In this document: piece by piece, positions 37,277-48,088 of the stretch
Layout of the letters: each line of letters starts with the position of its first letter
How positions within the stretch are numbered: the first letter of the stretch is position 1
NCBI GenBank assembly: GCA_046726655.1
Contig: JBKPAZ010000029.1
Coordinates: forward strand, 1-55,911
DNA from: Chloroflexota bacterium
Lineage (GTDB): Bacteria > Chloroflexota > Ktedonobacteria > Ktedonobacterales > Ktedonobacteraceae
DNA: 55,911 nt
Direction: 5' to 3'
Translations under genes and position numbers: made by a program
The notes under the pieces: model-generated
Databases searched by the model: none
What the model saw: the letters and a program-made list of their open reading frames with translations, nothing else
What the model was told of the DNA's origin: nothing

Positions 37277-37872
37277 GTGAAACTATGCGAGAGAATGAGG
37301 ACAGCTCACCGATAAAGGCCGGGCTAGAGATCGGGGTCATGGGCTCAGCGCGGCTCACCGAGGGCGACGACTGGTGGGCACGCGCCCACCAACTGGGTGC
37401 ACTGCTTGCAGGAAAAGGCTTTGTTGTCGTGACCGGTGGGTATGGTGGTCTCATGGCAGCAGTCAGTCATGGAGCACACGAGATGGGTGGTCGAGTAATC
37501 GGATTACCTATGCAGCACTGGACAGAGGTAAAGCCAAATCAGTGGAATGCTGACCTGCGCTGGTCGAGCAACTACGGTACGCGTCTGAACCATTTCCTGC
37601 ACTGTGACGGGGTCATTGCCCTACCGGGCGGCGTTGGAACGCTTTCAGAGATGGCAATCGTCTGGGCAGCGAGCCAGACCGAAGGACACGCCCTGCCACT
37701 TGTCTTGCTCGGCAATTGCTGGCTGCAAGTCATTCAGTCTGTGCGTGAGAACCTGGTCGTGAGTGATGTAGACCTTAACCTCCTGCGATTCGCGGCAGAC
37801 CCGGAAGAAGCCGTGCAAGAGTTACAAGCGGGATTGCAGGATAAACGGATTGGACAAGGACCGTACGGGTAA
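37273..37872 (+). CDS. LOG/TIGR00725-like Rossmann protein (lysine-decarboxylase-like family)
   Basis: VVVTGGYGGLMAAVSHGA and ALPGGVGTLSEM motifs. ATGA overlap with the upstream stop. Confidence 0.65.
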   Translation: MSETMRENEDSSPIKAGLEIGVMGSARLTEGDDWWARAHQLGALLAGKGFVVVTGGYGGLMAAVSHGAHEMGGRVIGLPMQHWTEVKPNQWNADLRWSSNYGTRLNHFLHCDGVIALPGGVGTLSEMAIVWAASQTEGHALPLVLLGNCWLQVIQSVRENLVVSDVDLNLLRFAADPEEAVQELQAGLQDKRIGQGPYG

Positions 37873-37916
37873 TGCCTGCTCTGATTCCCGTAATGTTTCT
37901 ATAAGGGAGTTATACC

Positions 37917-38864
37917 TTGAGTGTCAAATCTTTCTATGCCTCCGATATCCATGGCTCGGAAATGCTATGGCGCAAGTTCATTAATGCTGCCGGTTTTTAT
38001 GGAGCCGAGGTGTTGATTATGGGTGGTGACATCGCTGGCAAAGCAGTGGTTCCTATTGTGAGCCGGAACACATCCTTTTATGCCCCAGCAGTCACCGGTG
38101 AACAAACATTTACAGAAGACCAGTTGCCTGCTCTCGAACGTCGCATTCGTGACCTCGGCCTTTACCCGCATCGCATGACAGAGGATGAACTGGTAGCAGT
38201 AGACCATGACCAGGGTGCGATAGATGCGCTCTTTCTTCAAATCATGAGAGAGACGCTGGAACGCTGGCTCAGTCTAGCTGAGGAGCGATTACAAGGAAAA
38301 GGAGTGCGACTCTACGTCATGCTTGGCAACGATGACGAGCCAGTACTGCGTGAAGTGTTAGCAAGTTCACCGCTTGTGGTGGATCCTGAGGACTGTATCG
38401 TCGAATTGGGTGAGGGGTTCCAGATGCTCTCCTGTGGCTTTGCGAATCCGACTCCCTGGCATTCGCCACGGGAGATGCCAGAAGAGGAACTACAGCGCCA
38501 TGTTGAAAATCTTCTGAGCCAACTGGGAGACCCGGCCAGGTCTGTATTCAATCTGCATGTTCCTCCTATTCGCACTGCTATTGATACTGCACCTGTCGTC
38601 AATGAGAATCTGAGTCCCGTCATTCAGGGAGGCTCTATTCTCATGGGACCTGCCGGGTCGGAAGCGGTACGCACCGTGATCGAGAAATACCAGCCCTTGA
38701 TCGCACTGCACGGTCATATTCATGAGTCTCGAGGCACAATCAAGATCGGGAAGACCGTGTGCATCAATCCAGGGAGTGCGTATGGCGAAGGAGTCTTACA
38801 CGGCGCACTGTTTGAACTGGACAAAAGAAAGGGCCTGAAGCGCTATCAACTGACATCGGGATAG
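37917..38864 (+). CDS. Calcineurin-like metallophosphoesterase
   Basis: ASDIHGS, MGGDIAGK, LGNDD and LHGHIHES motifs. TTG start. Confidence 0.75.
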   Translation: MSVKSFYASDIHGSEMLWRKFINAAGFYGAEVLIMGGDIAGKAVVPIVSRNTSFYAPAVTGEQTFTEDQLPALERRIRDLGLYPHRMTEDELVAVDHDQGAIDALFLQIMRETLERWLSLAEERLQGKGVRLYVMLGNDDEPVLREVLASSPLVVDPEDCIVELGEGFQMLSCGFANPTPWHSPREMPEEELQRHVENLLSQLGDPARSVFNLHVPPIRTAIDTAPVVNENLSPVIQGGSILMGPAGSEAVRTVIEKYQPLIALHGHIHESRGTIKIGKTVCINPGSAYGEGVLHGALFELDKRKGLKRYQLTSG

Positions 38865-38974
38865 TATCTGCATCATCAAACAAAGACCGCAGTTACTCAA
38901 CATGCATGGGCTACTACATACTGGTGTGTTTAATCGCGAAAATGAATGGTCCTTGCACATTCATGGGAAAACAC

Positions 38975-39003
38975 TTGACAGACCACAAAACCCTCTGTAT
39001 ACT
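38975..39003 (+). promoter_or_regulatory. Sigma-70-type promoter of the T-box/trp operon
   Basis: TTGACA (38975-38980), 17 nt spacer, TATACT (38998-39003). Confidence 0.6.
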
Positions 39004-39009
39004 TTCCTC

Positions 39010-39336
39010 ATACACAATTGAATACGGAAAAGCATCGAACAGGAAGAGTATACGACCCGCCACGGTCATAGAGAGTCGGGACTGGTGAAAACCGGCACCA
39101 GGCAGTCGTAGAATGGGCCTGGGAGCAAAGAGCGAACGTTCTTACATGAACTAGTAGTACTCATTCGGAACGTCCCCCGTTATCGAGGACAGGATATCCT
39201 CTGCATATCAAAGTGTATCCGGCAAAGAGGGATTAGCTGCAATTCTCGGAGAGTTTAGCTAATCTGAATCAGGGTGGCACCACGAAAGCGTTGCGTTACG
39301 CCTCTCGTCCCTATTATGGGAAGAGTGGCGTTTTTT
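39010..39336 (+). promoter_or_regulatory. T-box riboswitch leader with tryptophan (UGG) specifier
   Basis: Stem I elements in canonical order: AG bulge AGAGAG (39069-39076), distal loop CUGGUGAAAA (39082-39091), S-turn plus specifier GUAGAA-UGG-G (UGG at 39114-39116). T-box sequence AGGGUGGCACCACG (39271-39284), then a terminator hairpin plus U6. Confidence 0.8.
39299..39336 (+). terminator. T-box-controlled intrinsic terminator
   Basis: CGCCUCUCGUCCC / GGGAAGAGUGGCG stem (13 positions, 2 mismatches) followed by UUUUUU (39331-39336), 39 nt before the trpS ATG. Confidence 0.65.
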
Positions 39337-39374
39337 ATTGTACTTTTTTTCTTACATGTCGATGGAGGTATATC

Positions 39375-40424
39375 ATGCCAGTTGAAACGAACCAAAACGT
39401 GAAACCAGAGCCATTTGCTTCTAATGCAAACTTGCCGGTCAAAAAACGTGTCTTTTCCGGCATACAGCCGACGGGCAATCTGCATCTTGGTAACTACCTG
39501 GGAGCCTTGCGTAACTGGGAGGAAACTCAGACAATGTATGACAACATCTTCTGCATTGTTGATCTACACGCGCTCACGTTACCAATCGATCCAAAGGAGT
39601 TGCACCATAGCATACGCCAGCTCGCTGCACTCTACCTGGCCACCGGCCTGGATACGCGCTATGTCAAGCTGTTCAGACAGTCACATGTCCATGAGCATGC
39701 TGAGATGTGCTGGATTATGGAATGCTATACTCCGATGGGTTGGCTTAACCGCATGACGCAGTTCAAAACCAAATCGGGCGAGAGTCCAGAATCGGTCGGG
39801 ACCGGCCTCTACTGCTATCCGGTGTTGATGGCATGTGACATCTTGCTATATCAGACTAACTTCGTGCCAGTCGGCGACGACCAGAGGCAGCACGTCGAGT
39901 TCACACGAGACCTGGCGCAGCGCTTTAACTCGCTTTATGGACAACAGGTGTTCACGATCCCGGAGGCACAGATTCGCGAGGTGGGCGCACGTATCATGGC
40001 GCTTGATGTTCCGACGAACAAGATGAGCAAAAGCGACCCCAATCCAAACTCTCGCATTAATCTGCTTGATGATCCTAAGACTATCAAGCAGAAGATTGCA
40101 CGAGCCACTACTGATTCGTTGCGCCTGGTTGCCTTTGATCCAGAGCGCCCTGGCATTACCAATCTGCTGACCATCTATCAACTGCTGACAGAACAGTCAC
40201 AGCAGGAGATCGAAGCAGAATTTGCTGGCAAGGGATATGGTGACTTCAAAGCTGCGCTTACCGAGAGGTTAGTAGCGACGCTGGAACCCATTCAGAAGCG
40301 CTATTATGAGCTGATGAACGACCCAGCCACCCTTGAGAACATTCTTAAGCAAGGGTCCGAACAGGTGCGCCCTATAGCAGCGGCCACCTTGCAGCATGTC
40401 AAAGATGTAATAGGATTGGGTTAA
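39375..40424 (+). CDS. trpS: Tryptophan--tRNA ligase
   Basis: Start after GGAGG. SGIQPTGNLHLGNYLGA (HIGH-type) and KMSKS motifs. Confidence 0.93.
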   Translation: MPVETNQNVKPEPFASNANLPVKKRVFSGIQPTGNLHLGNYLGALRNWEETQTMYDNIFCIVDLHALTLPIDPKELHHSIRQLAALYLATGLDTRYVKLFRQSHVHEHAEMCWIMECYTPMGWLNRMTQFKTKSGESPESVGTGLYCYPVLMACDILLYQTNFVPVGDDQRQHVEFTRDLAQRFNSLYGQQVFTIPEAQIREVGARIMALDVPTNKMSKSDPNPNSRINLLDDPKTIKQKIARATTDSLRLVAFDPERPGITNLLTIYQLLTEQSQQEIEAEFAGKGYGDFKAALTERLVATLEPIQKRYYELMNDPATLENILKQGSEQVRPIAAATLQHVKDVIGLG

Positions 40425-40427
40425 GTT

Positions 40428-42002
40428 ATGTTCTATCCAACACTTGACGAAATCAGGCAACTGCGAGACGCGGAAATGACAGCAAGGGCCGATACCCGCA
40501 AGCCCTTGCTGCCCATCTGCTGCGACATTCTTGCCGACATGGAGACCCCTGTCTCAGCCTATTGCAAAATCGCCTCAGGCGCACACAGTTTCTTGCTGGA
40601 GAGTGTTGTAGGTGGGGAGCGCATAGCTCGCTATTCTTTTATTGGCATTGATCCCTACCTGGTAATGAAACATCGTGGCGAAATAGCCACATTGCACAGG
40701 CAAAGATCTGGACGCGATGCATCTGACCTTTCTTCAATCGAAGAGGTTCAATGTCATGATCCTCTTGCTTTAATTCAAACGGAGTTGGAGTACTACCGCC
40801 TCGTCAAACCCCTGGGTATCGCACATGATAAATTGCCAAGTTTTCATGGCGGTGCGGTCGGCTACCTTGCTTATGAAACCACAGCATGTTTCGAGCATAT
40901 ACCCGTTCCAGAAAAAGATGAGCTTGGTTTACCCCTGGCGATCTTTTGCTTCACCGAGACAGTGTTAGTCTTTGACCATCTCAAACACCGTGTCAGAATT
41001 GTTACACACTTACATCTGGACGCATCCGACCTACATGCAGAATATAAGCGTGTGCTTGCCATCATCGAAGATGTGCAGCAACGCCTTCACCAATCACCTC
41101 ATCTACCAGAAGAGCCTGCCATTAGGCACGATCCATCCGAGTTGCAAGTCAACTCAAACCGCACACCTGGCGAATTCGAGTCAATGGTGTGCAAGGCACA
41201 AGAATACATTCGCGCAGGTGATATCTTCCAGGTCGTACTCTCACAGCGCCTGAGCCGTCGCATCAATGCAGCACCATTTACTGTGTATCGTGCTCTACGT
41301 TCGATTAATCCTTCGCCATACATGTTCTTTCTAGATTTACAGGACTTCTACGTCATTGGTGCTTCACCCGAATTACTGGTGCGTTTCGAGGACGGAGAAG
41401 TTACCATTCATCCCATTGCTGGTACACGTAAACGGGGTAATGATCCACAAAGCGATCTACAGCTTGCCGAGGAATTGAAAAACGATCCTAAAGAGCGCGC
41501 TGAGCATGTAATGCTGGTTGATCTTGGACGCAATGATGTCGGACGAGTGAGCATCCCTGGCAGTGTTCAGGTCAGCCAATTCATGGAGATCGAGCGCTAT
41601 TCTCATGTCATGCATCTTGTCTCCAACGTCACAGGTCAGCTTCGCCCGGATCTCACTTCATACGATGCGCTGCGAGCAGGGTTTCCGGCCGGTACGGTCT
41701 CAGGAGCACCAAAGATTCGCGCTATGGAGATCATCAGCGAATTGGAGGGAGAGCAAAGAGGTATATATGCTGGAGCTGTCGGCTACTTCAGCCATTCAGG
41801 CAATCTGGATACGGCTATCACCCTTCGTACCATGGTCATCCACAAAGGCCGCGCCTATATACAAGCTGGAGGGGGCATCGTCGCCGATTCCAATCCTGCC
41901 GAGGAATACCAGGAGAGCATGAATAAGGCAAAAGCGCTTTTACGCGCACTTGACGAAGCCGAAAACATTGCTAAAGAGCGGAGAGAAGCATGCTATTATT
42001 AA
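40428..42002 (+). CDS. trpE: Anthranilate synthase component I
   Basis: 524 aa. [16 protein letters not shown] near the N-terminus and chorismate-binding C-terminal motifs ([26 protein letters not shown]). Confidence 0.93.
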   Translation: MFYPTLDEIRQLRDAEMTARADTRKPLLPICCDILADMETPVSAYCKIASGAHSFLLESVVGGERIARYSFIGIDPYLVMKHRGEIATLHRQRSGRDASDLSSIEEVQCHDPLALIQTELEYYRLVKPLGIAHDKLPSFHGGAVGYLAYETTACFEHIPVPEKDELGLPLAIFCFTETVLVFDHLKHRVRIVTHLHLDASDLHAEYKRVLAIIEDVQQRLHQSPHLPEEPAIRHDPSELQVNSNRTPGEFESMVCKAQEYIRAGDIFQVVLSQRLSRRINAAPFTVYRALRSINPSPYMFFLDLQDFYVIGASPELLVRFEDGEVTIHPIAGTRKRGNDPQSDLQLAEELKNDPKERAEHVMLVDLGRNDVGRVSIPGSVQVSQFMEIERYSHVMHLVSNVTGQLRPDLTSYDALRAGFPAGTVSGAPKIRAMEIISELEGEQRGIYAGAVGYFSHSGNLDTAITLRTMVIHKGRAYIQAGGGIVADSNPAEEYQESMNKAKALLRALDEAENIAKERREACYY

Positions 42003-42556
42003 TCGATAATTACGACAGTTTTACCTACAACCTTTATCAATATCTGGCAGAATTGGGAGCCGATGTACAAGTGCGGAGGAACGATCAGGTAACCATCAGT
42101 GAAATCGCAGCGATGAGGCCTGATCATATTGTAATATCACCAGGGCCATGCACTCCAGCAGAAGCCGGTCTGTCCTGCCAGGTTATTGAAACATTTGGAC
42201 CATGCACTCCCGTGCTTGGAGTCTGTCTTGGGCATCAAGCTGTAGGCCAGGCCTATGGCGGGCACATCCTACGAGCACCGCAGCCAATGCATGGCAAAAC
42301 CTCGTTGATGTACCACCGGGGACAGGGAGTCTTTCACAATCTACCCGTTCCGTTTGAAGCCAATCGCTATCATAGTCTCATCGTTGAGCGCTCAACCCTC
42401 CCGGCTGAACTGGAGATTACCGCCGAGACGGCGGATGGTTTAATTATGGGTCTGCGGCACCGTACTTACCTGGTCGAAGGAGTACAGTTCCACCCTGAGT
42501 CAATTATGACTCCTATAGGAAAAGACCTGCTACGTAATTTCCTGACAATGCATTGA
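41990..42556 (+). CDS. trpG: Anthranilate synthase component II (glutamine amidotransferase)
   Basis: [19 protein letters not shown], catalytic GVCLGHQ, FHPES. Overlaps the trpE end by 13 nt. Confidence 0.9.
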   Translation: MLLLIDNYDSFTYNLYQYLAELGADVQVRRNDQVTISEIAAMRPDHIVISPGPCTPAEAGLSCQVIETFGPCTPVLGVCLGHQAVGQAYGGHILRAPQPMHGKTSLMYHRGQGVFHNLPVPFEANRYHSLIVERSTLPAELEITAETADGLIMGLRHRTYLVEGVQFHPESIMTPIGKDLLRNFLTMH

Positions 42557-42574
42557 ACCGAGAGGAGTTAAGAA

Positions 42575-43618
42575 ATGATCCGTGAAGCAATCTCACACGT
42601 CACAGCCGGAGCAACTTTGAGTGAAGGCGATGCGGCTGTAGTGATGGAAGAAATTATGACAGGCGTTGCTACCCAGGCACAAATGGGAGCCTTTCTGACG
42701 GCATTGCACCTGCGCTCTGGCAGTGAGACCGTCCAAGAAATCACTGGACTGGCGCGTGTTATGCGCCAGAAAGCCGTACGAGTGCATTTGACAGAGAACA
42801 TCGCAGCACAAGCGATAGACACTTGTGGCACAGGCGGAGACAGGGCTGGTACATTTAATGTTTCCACTGCGGCGGGTATTCTTTCGGCGTCTGCAGGCGC
42901 ATCTGTAGCAAAACATGGCAACCGTTCCGCTACCAGCCGTTGCGGAAGCGCGGATGTGTTGGAGGCACTGGGCGTGCGTATCGATCTTGGCCCTGACCAG
43001 GTCGCACAATGTGTGCAAGAAGTCGGCTTTGGCTTCATGTATGCTCCCGCTTATCACCCAGCTATGAAACACGTTGGGCCGGCACGACGCGAGATTGGCA
43101 TACCTACTGTGTTCAACATTCTTGGCCCATTGACAAATCCAGCACACACACACTATCAGGTACTCGGAGTTGCCGATAGGTCGCTACTGCGTAAAATGGG
43201 TGAAGCATTACTGCATCTCGGATGTAAACATGCCCTCATCATTCATGGAGAAGATGGCATCGATGAATGTTCTTTGAGCGCCCCCACACGCATCTGTGAA
43301 GTGCGCAAAGGTGAGGATTTGCGAGAATACACCATTACGCCAGAGGAGGTTGGACTCACTAGTGTGACCGACCGGCGCGCATTTCAAGGCGCTACCCCTA
43401 CATATAATGCTAAGATGCTAAAGGACTTATTGAGCGGGCAGGACCATAGCCCTGCTGCTGATATGCTTTGCCTGAATGCTGGCGCTGCGCTCCTGGCAAA
43501 CGAGTTGGTAACATCCTTCTCCGAAGGGGTTAAATTAGCTCGTGCTACGTTACATGATGGCAAGGCCAGGCGCAAACTGGAAGATATTATCGCATATACC
43601 CAGATATTAGCAGGGTGA
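42575..43618 (+). CDS. trpD: Anthranilate phosphoribosyltransferase
   Basis: DTCGTGGDRAGTFNVSTAAG and KHGNRS motifs. Confidence 0.93.
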   Translation: MIREAISHVTAGATLSEGDAAVVMEEIMTGVATQAQMGAFLTALHLRSGSETVQEITGLARVMRQKAVRVHLTENIAAQAIDTCGTGGDRAGTFNVSTAAGILSASAGASVAKHGNRSATSRCGSADVLEALGVRIDLGPDQVAQCVQEVGFGFMYAPAYHPAMKHVGPARREIGIPTVFNILGPLTNPAHTHYQVLGVADRSLLRKMGEALLHLGCKHALIIHGEDGIDECSLSAPTRICEVRKGEDLREYTITPEEVGLTSVTDRRAFQGATPTYNAKMLKDLLSGQDHSPAADMLCLNAGAALLANELVTSFSEGVKLARATLHDGKARRKLEDIIAYTQILAG

Positions 43619-43621
43619 ACC

Positions 43622-45028
43622 ATGTTTCTTGACCAAATCGTTTCGCAGACAAGGACCGACCTTGAACAGCGTAAGCGTAAACTGCCATTGGAGGAACTGC
43701 AGCGTTTAATATCGGCGCAAGCCGCGCCTCGCGACCTATTAGAGGTGCTTCGTCCTCGATCGAAATCCAGGATTAGCTTGATTGCTGAGGTTAAACGGGC
43801 CTCACCCTCGAAAGGGGTATTTGCGCCCCATGTTGATCCTATAGCGCTGGCATGTACCTACGTGGCAAATGGGGCAGATGCTATTTCTGTACTCACCGAG
43901 CCTCACTTCTTCCTGGGTTCATTTGAATACCTCGCGGCTATTAAACAGGCAGTCAGCATTCCAGTATTGTGCAAAGATTTCATCATTGATGAATACCAGG
44001 TCTATGAGGCACGAGCTTGGGGAGCAGATGCCATCCTACTTATTTGTGCAATCCTGGATCAGATCCAACTACAGCTCTTGCTCAAAGTCGCCCATGACCT
44101 GCGTATGCGTTGCCTGGTTGAAGTGCATTCCGTCGAAGAGGTACAGCGAGCAATCGAGGTAGGGGCGATTATAATCGGTATCAATAGTCGCGATCTCAAG
44201 ACCTTTAAGGTGAATCCCAATCTTACCAGAGAATTACGTCCGCTGATTCCTGAAGATCATGTTGTTGTAGCCGAAAGTGGTATACACACCAGTAGAGACG
44301 CACGCCGCCTTGCTCGCTACAATGTACAGGCCATGCTGGTAGGTGAATCACTCGTCACATCTCAGGACATACCTGGACAGATTCGTACACTTCTCCAGGG
44401 AGCCAATGAAAGTGTGCAGGTGAAAATCTGCGGCATACGTACCAAAGATCAACTTCTCACAGCCAGAGATGCAGGCGCAGACCTGCTAGGTTTTATGTTT
44501 TACGAACCAAGTTCGCGCTACATTCAGCCACGAGGTGCTAGAGAGTTGCTAAAAACTTTCGAAGAAGACCAAAATACTCCCGAATTCGTTGGAATTTTCG
44601 TTAACAAGGAAGCTGAGTTTATTAACGACATCGTTGAACAAGTTGGTCTGCATGTTGTACAGCTACATGGAGATGAGTCGCCTGAGTTCTGCAAGCGCAT
44701 CAAACGCCCGGTCATCAAAGGGCTTCGTATGAACAGTTTAGCTGCTCTTAGTATGGTAGAAGAATATGATGAAGCGACGTGGCGAATCTTACTTGATACC
44801 CCAACAGTAAAATGGGGCGGTACCGGTGAGACACATGATTGGAACTTAGCTCGATTAGTAGCACAACAAACGCCTATATTCCTGGCTGGCGGCTTGACTC
44901 CTGAAAACGTCGCGCAAGCGATACAGCGAGTTCGTCCCTGGGGAGTCGATGTAAGTAGTGGTGTTGAGATCAACAGCTATAAGGACCCTGCTAAGATACG
45001 AGCTTTCATCCAAAATGCACATAATTGA
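43622..45028 (+). CDS. trpCF: Bifunctional indole-3-glycerol-phosphate synthase / phosphoribosylanthranilate isomerase
   Basis: 468 aa. IAEVKRASPSKG (IGPS) in the N-terminal half. VKICGIRT and WGVDVSSGVE (PRAI) in the C-terminal half. Confidence 0.9.
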   Translation: MFLDQIVSQTRTDLEQRKRKLPLEELQRLISAQAAPRDLLEVLRPRSKSRISLIAEVKRASPSKGVFAPHVDPIALACTYVANGADAISVLTEPHFFLGSFEYLAAIKQAVSIPVLCKDFIIDEYQVYEARAWGADAILLICAILDQIQLQLLLKVAHDLRMRCLVEVHSVEEVQRAIEVGAIIIGINSRDLKTFKVNPNLTRELRPLIPEDHVVVAESGIHTSRDARRLARYNVQAMLVGESLVTSQDIPGQIRTLLQGANESVQVKICGIRTKDQLLTARDAGADLLGFMFYEPSSRYIQPRGARELLKTFEEDQNTPEFVGIFVNKEAEFINDIVEQVGLHVVQLHGDESPEFCKRIKRPVIKGLRMNSLAALSMVEEYDEATWRILLDTPTVKWGGTGETHDWNLARLVAQQTPIFLAGGLTPENVAQAIQRVRPWGVDVSSGVEINSYKDPAKIRAFIQNAHN

Positions 45029-45048
45029 AGATACTGGGGAAATTTTAA

Positions 45049-46284
45049 ATGCAAACACACAACATAACACAAGCATACCGGCACAATCTCTATCCTGATG
45101 AACGTGGGCGCTACGGAACCTTTGGCGGAAAATTCGTTCCTGAAAGCCTGATGATGGCTCTTGCGGAGTTAGAGGCGGCCTATGAACAGTCACGAAACGA
45201 TTCCGAGTTTCAAGCTGCACTGCGAGAGCAGCTTTCTAACTTCGTCGGACGCCCAACAACCCTCCACTACATTCCGCGCTTTTCACAATTGATAGCACCC
45301 GGCGCTAAAGTCTACCTCAAGCGTGAAGACTTGGCCCATACTGGCGCGCATAAGATCAATAACGCTCTGGGCCAGGGCTTGCTGGCAAAGCGTATGGGGA
45401 AACGGCGTATCATTGCCGAAACAGGCGCGGGTCAGCATGGTGTCGCAACTGCGACTGTCTGTGCAATGCTCGGCCTTGAATGTATCGTTTACATGGGTGA
45501 AGACGATATCCAACGCCAGTCACTCAACGTTTTTCGCATGAAGCTGTTGGGAGCCGAAGTACGTCCCGTCGCCAGTGGGAGTCGCACTTTAAAAGATGCT
45601 ATCAATGAGGCTATTCGGGACTGGGTGACGAACGTTGAGACGACTTTTTACTTAATCGGCTCGGCAGTTGGGCCTCATCCCTTTCCGCTTATCGTGCGCG
45701 ATTTCCAATCTGTTATTGGCAAAGAGGCACGCGAGCAGATACTCTCACAGGAAGGGCGATTACCCGATATGGTTGTCGCCTGTGTCGGGGGTGGAAGCAA
45801 CGCCATAGGAATCTTCTATCCTTTCGCTGACGCCCCAGGTGTACAGCTCATCGGCGTCGAAGCCGGCGGCTCAAGTCTCGATCCAGGTCATCATGCGGCA
45901 ACCCTCGTGGCTGGTAGGCCAGGTGTGTTACATGGTGCATTCAGCTATCTTCTTCAGAACGAAGATGGACAGGTACTAAATACACACAGCATCTCGGCAG
46001 GACTTGACTATCCTGGAATAGGCCCGGAACACAGTTACCTGAAAGAGACTGGTCGCGCGAACTACACCTCAGTAAATGATGCAAGCGCATTGCGAGGTTT
46101 GCAAATCTTGAGCCAGAGTGAGGGTATAATCCCTGCATTGGAACCAGCGCACGCATTGGGCTATTTACTAGAGCAAGGCGAACAGGACAACATACCGATA
46201 GGTTCACTGATTATTTTGAACCTATCGGGGCGTGGTGATAAAGATATGCTCACCGTCGCAAAGGAGTTGAATGTCACGCTGTAG
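45049..46284 (+). CDS. trpB: Tryptophan synthase beta chain
   Basis: [11 protein letters not shown] (PLP lysine), [19 protein letters not shown]. Confidence 0.95.
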   Translation: MQTHNITQAYRHNLYPDERGRYGTFGGKFVPESLMMALAELEAAYEQSRNDSEFQAALREQLSNFVGRPTTLHYIPRFSQLIAPGAKVYLKREDLAHTGAHKINNALGQGLLAKRMGKRRIIAETGAGQHGVATATVCAMLGLECIVYMGEDDIQRQSLNVFRMKLLGAEVRPVASGSRTLKDAINEAIRDWVTNVETTFYLIGSAVGPHPFPLIVRDFQSVIGKEAREQILSQEGRLPDMVVACVGGGSNAIGIFYPFADAPGVQLIGVEAGGSSLDPGHHAATLVAGRPGVLHGAFSYLLQNEDGQVLNTHSISAGLDYPGIGPEHSYLKETGRANYTSVNDASALRGLQILSQSEGIIPALEPAHALGYLLEQGEQDNIPIGSLIILNLSGRGDKDMLTVAKELNVTL

Positions 46285-46293
46285 GAGTGTAGA

Positions 46294-47001
46294 ATGACAG
46301 TTTTCCAATACGATACCCAAATTTTGACACGTTATCCCACTGTCGTTGGTGGTGTAATTCTGGCACGAGGCATGACAAATGGTCCGACTCCAAAAGATTT
46401 ACAAGCAGCTTTTCTAGCTGAACAACAAGCTACCTTGCAACGCATTGGAGATACACCTTTGAGTCAGATTAAATCACTAGCGGCATGGCGCAATGTTTTC
46501 CGCAGTTTTGGCGTGGACCCAACCCAGTACCGCAGTGCCGGTGAAGCTCTGCTACGCCGTTTAACCAAAAAAGGGGATATTCCAGGCATTAATATGCTGG
46601 TTGATCTAGGCAATCTGGTTAGTATTCGCTATGCATTGCCAGTCGCAGTGTTCGATACTCGTACTTTGCATGGAGCGGTTACAGTACATTTCTCCGACGG
46701 ATCAGAACGCTATACTACGCTAGGAGAGGACGAAATGCAGCATCCAGAACCGGGCGAAGTAGTTTTTTCTGACGGAACTAAGCTGGTAATTGCAAGGCGC
46801 TGGTGTTGGCGCCAGAGTGACCAGAGTGCAGCACAGCAAAATACCACACAGGCTATTATTACGGTTGAAGCTCACCATGCCAAAGGCAAGGAAGACGTCG
46901 ACGCTGCTCTAAATGACTTACTGACATTATTACGTACATATGCTGGTGGAAACTTAGTTTCGGGAAGGCTTGATGCTACGAAACCTGTCATATCAGACTG
47001 A
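46294..47001 (+). CDS. Stand-alone B3/B4 domain protein (PheT-related tRNA-binding-type domain, COG3382-like)
   Basis: 235 aa. WRNVFRSFGVDPTQYRSAGEALLRRLTKKGDIPGINMLVDLGNLVSIRYALPVAVFD matches the B3/4 domain pattern. Confidence 0.6.
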   Translation: MTVFQYDTQILTRYPTVVGGVILARGMTNGPTPKDLQAAFLAEQQATLQRIGDTPLSQIKSLAAWRNVFRSFGVDPTQYRSAGEALLRRLTKKGDIPGINMLVDLGNLVSIRYALPVAVFDTRTLHGAVTVHFSDGSERYTTLGEDEMQHPEPGEVVFSDGTKLVIARRWCWRQSDQSAAQQNTTQAIITVEAHHAKGKEDVDAALNDLLTLLRTYAGGNLVSGRLDATKPVISD

Positions 47002-47025
47002 AAAGAACATTAATTGGGAGATACT

Positions 47026-47892
47026 ATGCAATCTGACTCTACAACTCCAACGCCTGCTACACGGATTACTCAGGCCTTTGAACAAGCGCGACGAGAGAGC
47101 CGAGGTGTACTCATCCCCTACTTCATGTGTGGCTACCCCTCGGCAGCTCAAAGTATAAAACTCACGCTGGCAGCGATCCAAGTGGGAGCGGATCTTATCG
47201 AACTGGGCATGCCTTTCAGTGATCCACTCGCGGACGGAGCCACCATCCAGCAGGCTGGGCAGGCCGCACTCGAGGGTGGCATGACCATCCAAAGCTGTTT
47301 AGAGATTGCCTGTCAGATCTCAGCCAGGAGTGACGCTCCCCTCATTCTCATGGGTTACTACAACCCAATACTGGTTTATGGTATCGAGCAATTTTGCCAG
47401 AGGGCAGTTGCTAGCGGCGTTTGTGGCTTAATAATCCCCGACCTGCCGCCCGAAGAAGCAGAACCATTGCAACAAGCTACACTACGGCACGGACTATCGC
47501 TCATCTTCCTCATACCACCCACAACACCTGACGAGCGCATTACCCACATTGCTAAGATGGCAACCAGTGGCCACGGCAGTTTCATGTATTGTGTTGCGCT
47601 GAACGGCGTTACTGGAGCACGCACAACACTTCCATCGTACTTACGTGATTTTATCCAGCGAGTCTATGACTATACGAAAAGTTTTCACCTTCCCCTCGCT
47701 GTCGGCTTTGGTATTTCAACGCCCGAACATGTCGCTGAGTTGACAAGCTATGTAGATGGTCTAGTGGTAGGCAGTGCGCTGATTAAGCTCATCGATGATC
47801 ATGGAGAGGAAGAGCAAGTTGAAGTTGTGAAACGCTACATTTTGAGCTTGCACCAGGCATGCTCTAGGAAGGAGAGAAAAGAAGCAAGCTAG
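47026..47892 (+). CDS. trpA: Tryptophan synthase alpha chain
   Basis: Start at the ATG after GGGAG. GADLIELGMPFSDPLADG, and GFGIS near the C-terminus. Confidence 0.9.
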   Translation: MQSDSTTPTPATRITQAFEQARRESRGVLIPYFMCGYPSAAQSIKLTLAAIQVGADLIELGMPFSDPLADGATIQQAGQAALEGGMTIQSCLEIACQISARSDAPLILMGYYNPILVYGIEQFCQRAVASGVCGLIIPDLPPEEAEPLQQATLRHGLSLIFLIPPTTPDERITHIAKMATSGHGSFMYCVALNGVTGARTTLPSYLRDFIQRVYDYTKSFHLPLAVGFGISTPEHVAELTSYVDGLVVGSALIKLIDDHGEEEQVEVVKRYILSLHQACSRKERKEAS

Positions 47893-48088
47893 CAGCAAGC
47901 TAGCTACCACTCTTACAATATTACATATCTGGCTAATCTCTTCTGAGTAACCAGGTCGATTACCTGAATGAGGGCTCGACATAGCTTTGGAACCGCCAAT
48001 CATGACAAAGTGGTCACGATGAGCCAAAGTACTGGCAAGGGGGACCAGTCACAGCCATCAGGTTGACACACAAAAAGGAGTAATAATC

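Noticed and set aside
47883-47905. Tandem 11-mer AGCAAGCTAGC x2 spanning the trpA stop codon, able to form a 7-bp GCTAGC-based hairpin.
   Set aside because: It is very short, has no U-tract and is built from a self-complementary hexamer. It is most likely coincidental and is not a convincing terminator or repeat element.
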